Positions 43,068 to 56,640 of a stretch of 64,000 bases of DNA are shown here, piece after piece. The position numbers and the translations under genes were made by a program. Below the pieces are notes generated by a model, which was not told where the DNA came from, made no database searches, and worked only from the letters and a program-made list of their open reading frames with translations. The DNA is taken from the NCBI RefSeq assembly GCF_009914755.1, contig NC_060938.1; one strand, written 5' to 3'. The stretch is from the human T2T-CHM13v2.0 reference genome, Homo sapiens. The number at the start of each line of letters is the position of its first letter. The first letter of the stretch is position 1.

Positions 43068-43740
43068 GTTCTGTTTCTTCATTTTACTTCACATTTTTTT
43101 TACTTCCTAACATTTGTGATTATATCTTGTGGTGGTTTAATTTATGACTAGACATGTTGAACAACATTTTAAGAACTAAGTTGCCATCTGCATCCCTTTT
43201 TTGATAGAGTATTTGTTCAGGTCTTGTTCCTTCTTTGTAATTGGATGGCTTATTTTCTTATTCTTGAGTTTGCAGTTCTTTTTGTATTCTAGATCCAAGT
43301 ACTTTATTAAATATATAATTTGCAAATAATTACTCCCCGCCTGTGTCTTTTCTTTTCTTTCTCTTAATTGTGTCTTTGGAGAGTATTAATTGTGATAAAG
43401 TCTAATTTGTCATTCTTTTTATGGATCATACTTTTCGGGTTATATCTTAATATTTTTCTATTTCAAGATCACAAAAATTTTCTTCTACATTTTCTTGTAA
43501 TAATTTATAATTTTAGTTACTTTATTTATATCTCTGATTCATTTTAATTAATTTTGCACAAAAACTTGATATGGGTCAAGGTTTTTTTTACATTTTTTAT
43601 AATTGTCCAATTGTACTTTCTCAATTTGCTTTTGACCTATGTCAAAAATCAATTGATTATATTTGTGTGGATCTAATTCTGGCTTCTCCATTCTGTTCCA
43701 TTTATTTATTGGTTTATTCATTTACCAATATCAATGCCAG
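43068..43740 (-). mobile_element. Old L1 (L1MC/MD-type), right half
   Basis: Antisense L1 ORF2 text resumes after the TSD ('tttgcaaataattactccc...tttatggatcatactttt...gacctatgtcaaaaatcaattg'). Confidence 0.8.
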
Positions 43741-43754
43741 CTCTTTCTCATCAT

Positions 43755-43878
43755 TAGGGTAGCCACAAAATTTATTGTCAAAGAAACTGGAGTACCTTGG
43801 GTTACTATTAATGATTACACATGACAACAGCATGTAACAAGATAGTCTCAGCAAATCTAGGCAATTCTAATGGTAAAC
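43755..43878. mobile_element. MER94-like hAT-Blackjack MITE
   Basis: 'tagggtagccacaaaatttattgtc...ctattaatgattacacatgacaacagcatgtaa'. Confidence 0.5.
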
Positions 43879-44242
43879 AAAGGTTACTATGTAGAAGGCT
43901 CTAGGTTTTGGTATTTGGCTCTATGGGGGTGGCTCAGAAAACCATTGTCTATACCCAGAAGTGCCACATTTTATTCAAATTTGGAAGAAGGGTAATGTGA
44001 CATAGATTGAACTTGGCATGTGAGGTGTCATAGCCATTCAGAGATAGGACTTCAACTTTAGGCAGCATGAAGAGCTTTGTGTGAGCATCAGCAAAGGCTA
44101 TGACAACACTGTCCAGAAGGTGGGCAGTGCCTCTGAAAAGGAGGTCTGGGAATCTGAAAAATTGCTCAAGGTTTGTGTCTAATATACTTCTGTTATACAG
44201 GATGTTGTTTAAGGCATAAATAATCCATGTAATTAAAATAAC

Positions 44243-44470
44243 TCCAATAGATGACATTTATTGACTTATGGATTACTATGAAGCAGGTGCTATTGCAAAC
44301 ATTGCACATGTATTTACTTACATAATTCTCAAAAGCAATTATAAAGTGAAAATATTTAATTGATGTTTTATAGACCAAAGAAAAACAAAGGCATATCCGG
44401 GATTTAAACCCAGATACTTAGGTTTCAGAATCTGTAGTTTTAATCATGAAGTTTTGAGCTGTCACTATGC
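44243..44470 (-). mobile_element. MIR SINE
   Basis: 'acattttattga...tactatgaagcaggtgctattg...gggatttaaacccagat'. Confidence 0.65.
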
Positions 44471-44621
44471 CCTGCCACATGTAAATGTTATTAATTATAA
44501 AATATTAGATAAATATTAATACTTATGGTTAACATAATACTTATTGTCAATCCTGAGATGTTTAGATCATTTAAAATCTTTCTTTCTAATAATTACTTAT
44601 ATTGTTCAAAATCTACCTTAT

Positions 44622-44976
44622 TAATATATTCAGCTATGTCCCCACCAAAATCTCATTTTGAATTCCTGTGTGTTGTGGGAAGGACCTGGTGGGAGGTGAT
44701 TGAATTATGGGGGCGAGTCTTTCCTGCACTGCTCTTGTGATAGTGAATAAGTGTCACAAGATCTGATGGCCTTATAAGGCAGAGTTTCCCTGCACAGGCT
44801 TTTTTTTTTTTTTTTGCCTGCCACCATCCACGTAAGATTTGACTTGCTCTTCCTTGCCTTCTGCCATGATCGTGAGCCTTCCCCAGCCATGTGTAAGTCT
44901 AATTAAACCTCTTTCTTTTGTAAATTGCCCAGTCTCCAGTTTGTCTTTATCAGCAGCATGAAAATGGACTAATATA
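44622..44976 (+). mobile_element. THE1 (THE1A-like) MaLR solo LTR
   Basis: 'tgtccccaccaaaatctcattttgaattcc...gtgatagtgaataag...tctttatcagcagcatgaaaatggactaata'. Confidence 0.92.
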
Positions 44977-45788
44977 TACGCCATGGTCAAAATTTTGGAA
45001 AATTATATAACTTCTTGGGGATCTCAGTTTTTAATGAATAAATTAGTTTTAAATGAGATATTTTAATGATAATACCTATTTGTGTCACAGGCACATTTTC
45101 ATCCTCAATTAGTTGCTATTGCTGTTATAACTCATTTTGGGTCTATTAACAAAAATACATTGACTTTATTGACTCAGAGTAAGATGAAAAAATAGTGCTC
45201 AAATAATTGGCCAAATAATGTTTGTCACTGAGGAAATAGGCCATAATAAAACAATATAAATGCATTTTAAAACTAAAACTAATTGTCTTAAAGTGCATTT
45301 ATTGTGTCATCTGATCTTTTCATTTTTAATTTTACCAGCTATTGCGCAAGTACAATCTTGAAGTTAAGGTTTTCATTAAATTAAAACACAAAGTAGGGGC
45401 TATAAAATATGTTTTAGTGTAGATTTTAGCTGAAACATATATGACAGAAAAATGTTTCTGTTAGTTCGAAAGAGAAAACTTCACTAAATGAACATACTAA
45501 TCTTAGTATTAATTGTAAACTATACCTAGAGAATAAAATACTTTGCTTAATTTCTTCATTAAGACTTGGAAATAATAGAAGTATCTGGTACAAAATGTGC
45601 TACAATGTCTTAAAAGGAACTTGACTCATTACAGGCAAATTCATTTTCTTTTAACTCTCTTGCAATTTTAAAATGCTTTATAGACTTGTTACAACTGAGA
45701 TTTCTTTTTCACTTTCCTAAGATTCTTGCCCTTAATATAACCCAAAAGAAGTACAAGGCTATAATTCACTATAAAAGTAAAACTATTT

Positions 45789-46967
45789 GTATTACTATTA
45801 TTTGTATTTTTATTTGTTTTTGTATTTTTTTTAAATTATACTTTAAATTTTGGGGTAATGTGCAGAACATGCAGGTTTGTTTCATAGGTATACACGTGCC
45901 ATGGTGGTTTGCTGCACCCATCAACCCATCAACCCATCATCTACATTAGGTATTTCTCCTAATGCTTTCCCTCCCATAGCCCCCCATCCCCCAACAGGCC
46001 CCAGTGTGTGATGTTCCGCTCCCTGTGTCCATGTGTTCTCATTGTTCAACTCCCACTTATGAGTGAGAACATGCAGTGTTTGATTTTCTCTCCTTGTGTT
46101 ATTTTGCTGAGAATGATGGTTTCCAGCTTCACCCATGTCCCTACAAAGGACATGAACTCATCCCTTTTTTAATGGCTGCATAGTATTCCATGGTGTATAT
46201 GTGCCACATTTTATTTATCCAGTCTATCATTGATGGGCATTTGGGTTGGTTCCAAGTCTTTGCTATTGTGAACAGTACCGCAATAATCATATGTGTGCGT
46301 ATGTCTTTATAGTAGCATGATTTACAATCCTTTGGGTATATACCCAGTAATGGGATTGCCGGGTCAAATGGTACTTCTAGTTCTAGATCCTTAAGGAATC
46401 GCCACACTGTCTTCCACAATGGTTGAACTAATTTACGGTCCCACCAACAGTGTAAAAGCATTCCTATTTTTCCACATTTTCTCCAGCATCTGTTGTTTCC
46501 TGACTTTTTAACGATCGCCGTTCTAACTGGCGTGAGATGGTATCTCATTGTGGTTTTGATTTGCATTTCTCTAACGACCAGTGATGATGAGCTTTTTTCT
46601 TGTTTGTTGGCTGCATAAATGTCTTCTTTTGAGAAGTGTCTGTTCATATCCTTTTCTCACTTTTTGATGGGGTTATTTTTTCTTGTAAATCTGTTTCTTA
46701 TAAATCTGTTTTCTTGTAAATCTTGTAAATCAGTTCTTTGTAGATTGTGGATATTAGCCCTTTGTCAGATGGATAGATTGCAAAAATTTTCTCCCTTTCT
46801 GTAGGTTGCCTGTTCACTCTGATGATAGTTTCTTTTGCTGTGCAGAAGCTCTTTAGTTTAATCAGATCCCATTTATCTATTTTGGCTTTTGTTGCCATTG
46901 CTTTTGGTGTTTTAGTCATGAAGTCTTTGCCCATGCCTATGTCCTGAATGGCATTGCCTAGGTTTTC
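45789..46967 (-). mobile_element. 5'-truncated L1PA7/8-like insertion (~1.15 kb)
   Basis: L1PA 3'UTR 'gtatacacgtgccatggtggtttgctgcacccatc'; ORF 46141-46647 is the ORF2 C-terminus ([17 protein letters not shown]); candidate TSD actattt (45782-45788, 46968-46974). Confidence 0.95.
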
Positions 46968-47034
46968 ACTATTTTGAGCTTATTTTTTAAGAGTTTATGA
47001 TTACCTGTAATTTTAAATATAACTCTAGTTTTTT

Positions 47035-48142
47035 ACTTATTTTTTAAAAATTTTAATTATTATGTATACATAATAGTTGTATATATTTATTGAATATATG
47101 TAATGCTTCGATTCAGGCATACAGCATGTCATAATATAAATTGGGGTAATTTGGGTATCCTTCTATCACTTCAACCATTTATCATTTCTTTGTATTAGAA
47201 ACATTCCAATTTTATTCTTTTAGTTATTTAAAAATATACAAATTATTAAATATAGTCATTATAACATGCTACTAAATACTAGACCTTATTTATTCTATCC
47301 AACTGTTTTTTGTACACATTAACCATCCCAACTTTATCCCTACCTCCCCACTACCCTTCCCAGACTCTGGTAACCATCATTCCACTCTCTATCCCCAAGA
47401 ATTATTATTATTTTTTTAAGTTTTAGTTCTCACATGAGTGAAAACTAATTTCACAGTATTGAAATTTGCCTTTCTATGCCTGGCTTATTTCACTATATAA
47501 TGTCCTCCCATCCCATCCATGTTGTTGCAAAAGACAGAATTTCATTATTTTTTATGGCTCAATAATATTCCATTGTGTATACATTTTCTTTATCCATTCA
47601 TCCATTGATGGACACAAGTCAATTCCATATCTTGGCTGATGTGAATAGTGCTGCATTAAACATGGGGGGGGGGCAGATATCTCTTCCATATAGTGATTTC
47701 CTTTCTTTTGAACATATACACGCAGTGGGATTGATGAATAATATGGTAGTTCTATTTTCAGTTTCTTGAGGAAACTCCATACTCTTTACCATAGTGGCTG
47801 TACTAATTTACATTTCCACTAACAGTGTACAAGAGTTTCCCTTTCTACCCTTCTTCTCCCGCATTCGTTATTGCCTGTTTTTTGGATAAAAGCTGGAGTG
47901 AGAAGATATATCTTCGTGGTTTTGATCTGCATTTCTCTGATGATTAGTCATGTCGAGTATTTTTTCATATACCTGTTGGCTATTTTATGTCTTCTTTTGA
48001 GAAATTTCTATTCAAACTTTTTGTCCATCTTTAAATCATATTACTATATTTTTCCTGTTCATTTGTTTGAGCTTCTTATATATTCTGGTTATTAATCCCT
48101 TGTGAGATGAACAGTTTGTAAATATTTTCTTTCATTCTGTGG
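47035..48142 (-). mobile_element. L1MA (L1MA4/5-like) 3' fragment
   Basis: 'tatacataatagttgtatatattt...catttatcatttctttgtattagaaacattcc...ctacccttcccagactctggtaaccatcatt'. Confidence 0.88.
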
Positions 48143-48780
48143 AGTTTTGGTAATGTGTCTTTCTCTTCTAATTTTTCACTCCAGTTTAAACATTTTCTGG
48201 GGGTGGTTAGTTTTTTATTATTAATATATTAGTTTCTACAATTCAGAGAAAAGTATTATTAGGTTAAGAATGAACTCTTGATATTTCTCACTGACATGAT
48301 ATTTCAATGTCTTTAATATAATATAATTACAAAGAAGCAGAAGAAAGGAAACAAGCAACAAGAGACAGAGAGAGGGAGAGAGATATGAATGGGGATATAA
48401 ACTAATGAGTAAAGTGTTTTGTATAAGATTATAAAAAATACACCAATATCTCTGGGGTTAGAAGGTAAGTGGACAAACAAAAAAAATATTTATCACAGAA
48501 CTCTGGCTCTGATTCATTTTGAGATGGCTAGGTTGAAACTTTTATCACTTCAATTGTATGAATCTGTGGCATGAGGCATTTAGAGACAGATGTTTTAAAT
48601 ATTGTTTGTAGCCTGACAGTTCTCTGTCAAGTATGAGGCCCTGTCTGTCCTTTGTCATCTGTCCCATTGAGTCATGTCACTTTTTTATCTTTCATTGATT
48701 TTGAGACATCTAACTTGACAGTTGTTTCTTATTTAACATGTCTGGAGGGGAAAAAATCTAAAATTTATTGAAGCCTTGTT

Positions 48781-49088
48781 AAGTTGTCCCTTGGTATTCA
48801 TGGGGAATTGGTTCCAGGATCCCCGTTGAATACCAAAATCCACAAATGCTAAAGTCCCAGATGTAAAATGTTAATTGCATATCATCTACACACAGCCTTC
48901 TGTGTGCTTTAAATTATCTCTGTATTACTCATCATACCTAATACAATGTAAATGCTGTGTAAAGAGTAGTTATACTGTATTGTTTAGGGAATAATGAGAA
49001 GAAAAAAAGTCTGTATGTGGTCAGTACACATATAATGATATATATACACACTTCTAATTCAAGGTTAGTTGAAGCCACAGACGTGGAA
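48781..49088 (+). mobile_element. MER2 (TcMar-Tigger MITE), left copy, inner terminus missing
   Basis: 'agttgtcccttggtattcatggggaattggttccagga...ctaatacaatgtaaatgct...gttatactgtattgtttagggaataatga'. Confidence 0.9.
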
Positions 49089-49432
49089 ATCAGCCTTACA
49101 AATCTGTGGGTTGCACATTCATGAATTCAACCTACCACAGATCAAAAATATGTTTTAAAAAATAGATGGTTGCATCTGTACTGAACATGTACAGCCTTTT
49201 TTCCTGTCATTATTCCCTAAACAATACAGTATAACAGCTATTTGCATGGCATTTACATTGTATTAATATTAGGTATTATAGGTAATCTAGAGATTATTTA
49301 AAATATACAGGAGGATGTGCATAGGTTATGTGCAAATACTAAACCATTTCTTATCAGAGACTTGAGTATTTGTGGATTTTGGTATTCATGGGGATTCCTG
49401 GAACCAATCCCCCACTGATACCAAAAGACTAG
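49089..49432 (-). mobile_element. MER2, right copy, inverted relative to the left copy
   Basis: Reverse complement aligns along the whole left copy; followed by a TA target dinucleotide (49433-49434). Confidence 0.9.
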
Positions 49433-50193
49433 TACATATCCTTATAGGAATGTAGGATGCCAAAAACCACAAAAAAATTTATCTCCAGCTTAACATGGGA
49501 AAAGCCAAAACATAGCCTTATAAACTAACAAGTCTAATGTCACACAGCAAATGATAAGAATTAAAGATAGAATTAAAACCCAGACTGCCCTCAATGTATT
49601 ATTTAATTTCAGAATACTAGCAGATTAATTCCTTTCAACTTTTATTAGGCCGATTGAAACGTACGTTTTTATTGCTAGCATTCTTTTTTTGAATACAAAT
49701 AAATTCATATTCTGTTACTCATAAAAATTTATAAACACAACATGATTATATCAACTCTAAACTATTGTTTTGGTTATTTTATTGTGAAAGAAATCTTCAA
49801 ACTCATTCTTGTTATTGAAAATAAAACTATTTAGAAAATTTTCATACTACTTAAAATTTATTATGAAATAAGTTTATATTTTTCTATTTGTAAGATATGT
49901 GAATATATGGATAAAAGCTATTACTGAAGTCAATTTTTTCCAGTATTTTTAAATCTTTGAATAATATTCAATATTAACTGTCAACAAAACTCATGAAATT
50001 GAGGACATCAGAAAATATTTTGGCTGCCAATAGGGCCAGAGAGTCCTAACATACTGAAAAAAATGTGGAAAACCCTAACAACCAACTAGAATTTTAAAAC
50101 TAGAACACCATGTAACAATATATTTGCCTTTTTTTAAAATTTTGACAGTTCAATAGGAGAATTTATTAAAAGCACTGTTGTTACTGTGAATAG

Positions 50194-50434
50194 TGTTCTC
50201 ACTTACAATTGGGAGCTAAATGATAGAACACATGGTCACGCAGAGGGTAACAGCAACACTGGGGCCTATTGGAGGGTGTAGGGTGGGAGGAGAAAGAGAA
50301 TCAGGAAATAAAGCTAATGGGCCCTAGGCTTAATACCTGGGTGATGAAATAATCTGTACAACATGTCCATGATACAAGTTCACCTATGTGCACTTGTAGC
50401 CCTGAACTAAAAATAATAGTACAAATAAATAAAA
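50194..50434 (+). mobile_element. Short L1PA13-16-type 3' end
   Basis: 'tgttctcacttac...ctaggcttaatacctgggtgatgaaataatctgtacaac...cctgaactaaaaataa'. Confidence 0.9.
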
Positions 50435-53400
50435 TCTCTGTTTTATAAACATTTAAATTTTAAAAAGCAGCGCTATTTTATTATTTCAATATTTCCAACT
50501 GCCTCTTGTATTACTTGCTATGTTATTTAAGTTTTGATTAAGTCAAATGATAAGTACCCCATGCCATAGTCATTTATGTAATAATACCTTTCATAAGTTT
50601 TAGCTTGAGCTGTGTGAATGTCAGAAATCATAAAGTAAAATATTTCCACAACATAAATTTTCATAAAGTGTGATAGGCAGCACTCTCATAATAGAGCCTT
50701 TGAGTAATGTGTCAAGGCCAGTGGCTGTAGCTCTGTGCCAGGGCCAGGTGCACAGATTGGTTCAAGTGTGAAGGGGATATTATCTATTCACTTTATTCAT
50801 CTGTTGTGGGGGAAAAAGGGAGGCAGATTGTGTGTTGAGTCATAGTTCTAATAGTACATAGTAAACTGTCTTTGCTATAGAGGAGTAAAGAGGAAAAAGG
50901 GTGAGACTCCTTATCAGCATAGGAATTAAGGAGTTTGGTATCCTGGGAAAAGATGGAGATAGTACAACATGAGATAACAAGGAAACCAAGCTAGAGGGTG
51001 TAGTGACTTTTTATACTGGAGGGTTCAGAGAGGGAGAAATCCTATACCTATAGTTTTGGAGCTGAAGCGATATGACTATAAATAGAAAACCATTCTCCAA
51101 GAAGGGCTAATTATATTTTTGAAAATTTCTAAGGGCGCAGACATTGGCTGGAAGAACTAATCATGAGATGGATTCTAATTTTGTTTTGTTTTGCTTAGAT
51201 TTGTTTTGTTTTCACATTCCAAATCAGACTTATAATTAACTGGTAAGTACTGGTTTTGACTACAGAGGAAATTATAAGAATTGAAGTCTCTATGAATTCA
51301 TAGAAAACTTGGAGTGCCTTGGAATATACCAGGACACAAAACTAAGAATTTGAGAATACCTATTCTAGGCCTCGTGCAATATGGCAGCCATAAAAACCAT
51401 TAGCAATATATGCAAGTAGACTCCATTATATACTAAATTATATAAAATGCATATTATATTCCTTCTCCCAAATTGCCTTTTAAATTGCCTTTAAGTTTAA
51501 ATGTCACAATTAATCCTCCTTGATCATCATTATTTAATTTTCCTCTAAATTTGCCAGTCAAGTAAACTTATTAAAAAAAAAACCCAGTTACCAGCTGGGA
51601 GCATAATGTATTTTGGCTGACCTCTTATGTCACTATATGATTTTTTATAACACTATGAAGTCAAAGGCTTATTCAACACAATTTTGTTTTTCTCTTCAGC
51701 TTTCTGGCTGTTTAAATAATAGATTATGAGTCAACCAAGGAGAAAGTATACCAATGAAAATACTCAGACTTTATTTCATAGCTCACAGGGAAGCTTTTTC
51801 TGGTGGGGGGAAACAATCTTTTAATTCCTTTTGGTTAGTTCACAGTTTAGCTATAGGATGTACATATCATTAGGTAAGTAAGAGGGCAAGGTTGCCATGT
51901 ATTTAGTAAATTAAAGCCTGACACTTTCAAGACATGACATCCTTTATCACACATTATTTCCAGAAGTGACATTTATTCTATATGAAAGAATCTGATGCCT
52001 GACCTAGAATTTTCAAGGAAACCCCAAAGGGCTGGCAAACTGTCTTTCCAAAACCCGAAAGAAGAAAGAATGCTTTGAGCTCTATTACTTAGAAAATTAA
52101 TGAGTAATTCATCCCACTCAATAACGGATTAGTGTTTACTGCAACCCACTTTTCAGACCCCAGTGGGTGTGTTATATATAAATAGGAGATGAGAAGAGCT
52201 TTATGTTAATTATAACATTTAGCTTCTTGCTTGAATTAAAATACATGTATAAATGATGTGTCATTTTAGGTCACAAAGTTAGTTCATGTTTTATATAAAA
52301 AATGAATGTAGTCTTGATATATACACATTTACTTCAAAGAATTTATTTTCTGTTATGTGTACAAATGCCTCATAAAGAGACAATCTCTGATTTTGATGGA
52401 AAACAAAGTCATTCTATTATCTTATACACAGAATTTTTTTTCGTATTTCTACCTTTATTTAGTGAGCCAAAGCTGAGATGGAAGTCATTAGTTACCTACT
52501 GAGATAATTAAAGTTGTTTTATTAGAGTTTTAATCAAGCAGTCTGGATATTTTAATCAGGCTTATCAACTTACATTTTATATGGTGAGATGCCCAGAACA
52601 CATATTTTCAGAAGGTAAAACACAATTCAGTTTTAAAGAATCATTAGAAATCATTGCGAGCAGTTGAATAATACAATCAATTTCTAAAAGTTGCAATAGG
52701 CATTATAATATGATGATAATGGCACCATTAAGTGGTTTTCATCCTCGGTTATTTACAACAATACATTTCCATTCCTAACGGCTTCTGTTTGATGTACATT
52801 ATTGCATTGTTTGGGAAGATACCGCATCACTCCCATAAATATCAGCCAGCAGATGACTGAAGATACAGACTAATAATTATTAACTTCAGATTTATTATTG
52901 ACAAGTTACAAATATGAAAATGAGTTCAGTTATTTTAGGAATTTCATTTTTCTCTGAGTACCTGCAGAATATATAAGAATTCCTAAACTATCCTTGTTAC
53001 TAGATTCAGATTTGAGTGTTGAATATCTGGAGTGGCAGGTGTTCTAAATGATGCAACTTGTCTCTGGCTCCCTTTTCTTGCACAGAAAAGTTCTCATTCC
53101 TTGAAAGAGGATTGCAGACAAAAGAATTCTTAGATGCATAATAGAGAAAAAAATCTGTAGGATTCAGACGCTACCAGTTTCTTTTTCCAGAACAGTGATT
53201 TTTAATTTATTTAAAAAATACATATATTACCAATAACCCCAAAATTCTGGTATATATTACTGGAGCAGCAGAAAATCCATCTCCCCTCATTTCTAGGTGA
53301 TGCATTACTGAGCTAGAGTAATGGCCTCCAAAGGTAGCTAAAAGGGGAAAAATGAAAGTATTCTAAAAGATATGGAAAGAAAATATTAGAACTTCTCTAT

Positions 53401-54514
53401 ACAACTATTTTTAAAGCATGCTTTTAAGATGTTCATTTGATATATGTTATACTGTCTATTTGTATTAGTAAATATGTATGTATACCTATAAATTTGGGCA
53501 TATAAAATTGGTGCATTTATATTAAAAATGACTTCAATAAAAGTACACATTAAAATTACTAGAAATCATGCGTGTATAGTTTATATAAAATTAATTTGTG
53601 TAGAAAAGTATTTAAGTACATTTAATTAAAGATGGCATGCATGCTTTACAAGGTTTCTTACAAGTGATCTGCTGATATCGAATTTATCACCAGAGATAAG
53701 TAAGAAAGTTGTTCAAATTCATGCGTATTCTATTGCTCACTTCCACTATGTGCCAATATTGACAAGCAACTTATCAAATTAAGATGAGCTTGCATTCAAA
53801 TTACATAGCTGGTTTGGGAGAATATACATTTATAGATATGGCCATAAGCAGAAAACTCCTGTAACCAAAAGCAATTCTTACTAACACCAGAAAACCACAT
53901 AGACTATTTAACATATACACAATTTTTAATAAATGTGAATTAGGACAGGCATATTAACATGAGAAAAGTTGATATAAAAATGGAAAAATCACTTAAAATA
54001 TGTTTGAAATATTATCTTGATATTATTTAAGCTGAGATATGAACCATTTAGTTTATTGTGTTGTTTAAAATTATATTTTACTAATCTAAAATTTAATGAT
54101 TTTTAACTCTGATGAACATTAGATCATATATTTATTCAATCTGAATATTGATAAACATTTAAACTGAAAATTATAAGTATTAATTAAATATTATTTATAT
54201 TTAATTATTTTTCTACACTAAAATATACAGGTTAACTTACATAATATAGCTTCATCAATACTCCAGGAATTTTAATATAAGTTATTCCCAATATTATAAT
54301 TCCAAGTACAAGAAAATGCTTACTTTGTATTATGACAATATTTTATGATCTCTTCTTTCTTCTAACTCTTGAACTGTCCTATAATGTTAATTTATTGACA
54401 TTTTTACTCTCCCAATTCAGAAATAGCAGCGCTCTGTTACTTTTGCTTTCTCTCTTTCACCCGTTTCCTCTTTCTCCCCATCTTTCTTCCTTTGCTGTTA
54501 AAAAGCAACAAAAG

Positions 54515-54820
<306 letters not shown>

Positions 54821-56640
54821 CTAGTACAGTGTTTCAGACATCTTAGGATCTTAGGCATATAATGAATGTGGGTCTTGCAGTGATTTAAACAATGTGAAAA
54901 TGCAATTAAAAAGAACAACTATAATTAGAGAAGTTTCTGTCATTCTTAAGCTGTTCTAAATTCTTGTTTATATTAATGTGTATTCAACAAGTCCTTACTA
55001 ATGACATTTTTTAAGTTTACCTTTCCTTGGTATATGTGACAAACCCATAAAATAATTTAAAAAGATAAAAATGAGGATTTTTCCATTTATATTATATTTC
55101 TATGAACAGTAAGTTCACTGAATTTTTGGTGCATAGTAAGCCACTTTTATTAAAACTGAATATTTGTCTCATTGAATAGATGAGGAGAGAGAATAAAGAT
55201 AATTTGGAGAAAAATACTTTTGAATAACAAACTTCTCATACAAACTTTCATTTTAAATTAAATGTTTAGATAAGTCACTGTCTCTCTGTCCCTAAACACA
55301 TGGCAATAGAACTCTTACCATTCAGATTGTAACTTTGTAACTTTCAGATAGGCTAATTATCTCTCTCTATGAAACAATGTGATTAAAAAGGGAGATTGTT
55401 AAATACTTTCTTGTCAACTATCACCTTACAATTTTTTTATGCTAGTGTAACCAGCCTTGTTAACAGTGATGCAATTGAATATGTTTTTTAATATATATCA
55501 TTTCTACAATTAAGAATGAATTCATTGTTAACTTCAAAATTCATGTATTCTCTGGAATATGTGAGATTCTAAATAGTTTTATATGGCTGAATGAGCCATG
55601 AGTGCCATTTTCATGCCTCAAATATGTCTAAAATATTTGTTTGTTTATATTCTTATAGCAATCTCTAATTAATCTAGCATCTCCCCTTTGAAATAATTTT
55701 GCTTACAAAGCTTTCATAGAAGTAGAATTTATTTTGGACAGTTCATTTAGGCTTGGATGCCTTTTTTCTCTCTATTGTGGATTCAACATTCAAAATCATG
55801 TAATAAAATTGTAATTGTCAATATCTCATATAACTTCATTTTAATTGTACTTTTCCTCCAATAATGCCTAGTTTTCTAAATACCTGTAGGGCTCACATAC
55901 TTGTTAATTTGAAATCTCATGAAGAGAATCACATTAAGTAACTCTAAATGCAAATCTCTTCAACCACTGAATGGTATAAAATGTAGATAATGTAGACAAA
56001 AGCTTGAGGTTCAAAGTAAAATTCTCACTTGACATAAATTGCTCTACAAGTGTGAAAAATGTAGAGAAATCATTGTTTTTAAAATTTTTTCATTTGTTTC
56101 AGATTTGCTGATAAAAAATAATCTTATATTTAAGAATGATTTTAGAAATTGTTAAGCCCATGCATATCTAAGCTGTGAGAGACCCGAAGAATCCAAGGGA
56201 CTCACCTGTCAAAGGTTACATAAGGTTAAAGCTCGAAAAACTAGTTTTCAATGCTCATCATTTTCCCTTGTCTTTATAGTTGAGGGGTGACACATTTAAA
56301 TAATTTTTAAATGAGAGCTTACGATTGTAGGTAGAACAAAGGTGGTTGAAAATATTCAACTTATTTATACAGAATCATGCATTAAGAGAACATGCACATA
56401 AGGCAAAATGATGACTGCATGGCCTTTAAATGTCACAGAGTACTGTCTAACATGAGGGTTTCCAAACTATAATATGCTGGCCAAATCTGGCCTACCACCT
56501 GTTTTTATATAAGCTGCAGGCTAACATTGTTTTTCACATATTGAAATAATTTTAAAAATAAGAATAATATTTTGCAATACATAAAGTTATATATAATTCA
56601 AAGTTCAGTGTCTGTAAGTAAAATTTTATTGAAATGTAGC

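Noticed and set aside
43949-44257. 102-aa ORF, possibly a CR1/L3 remnant
   Set aside because: No recognisable protein similarity, and the repeat resemblance is too weak to call.
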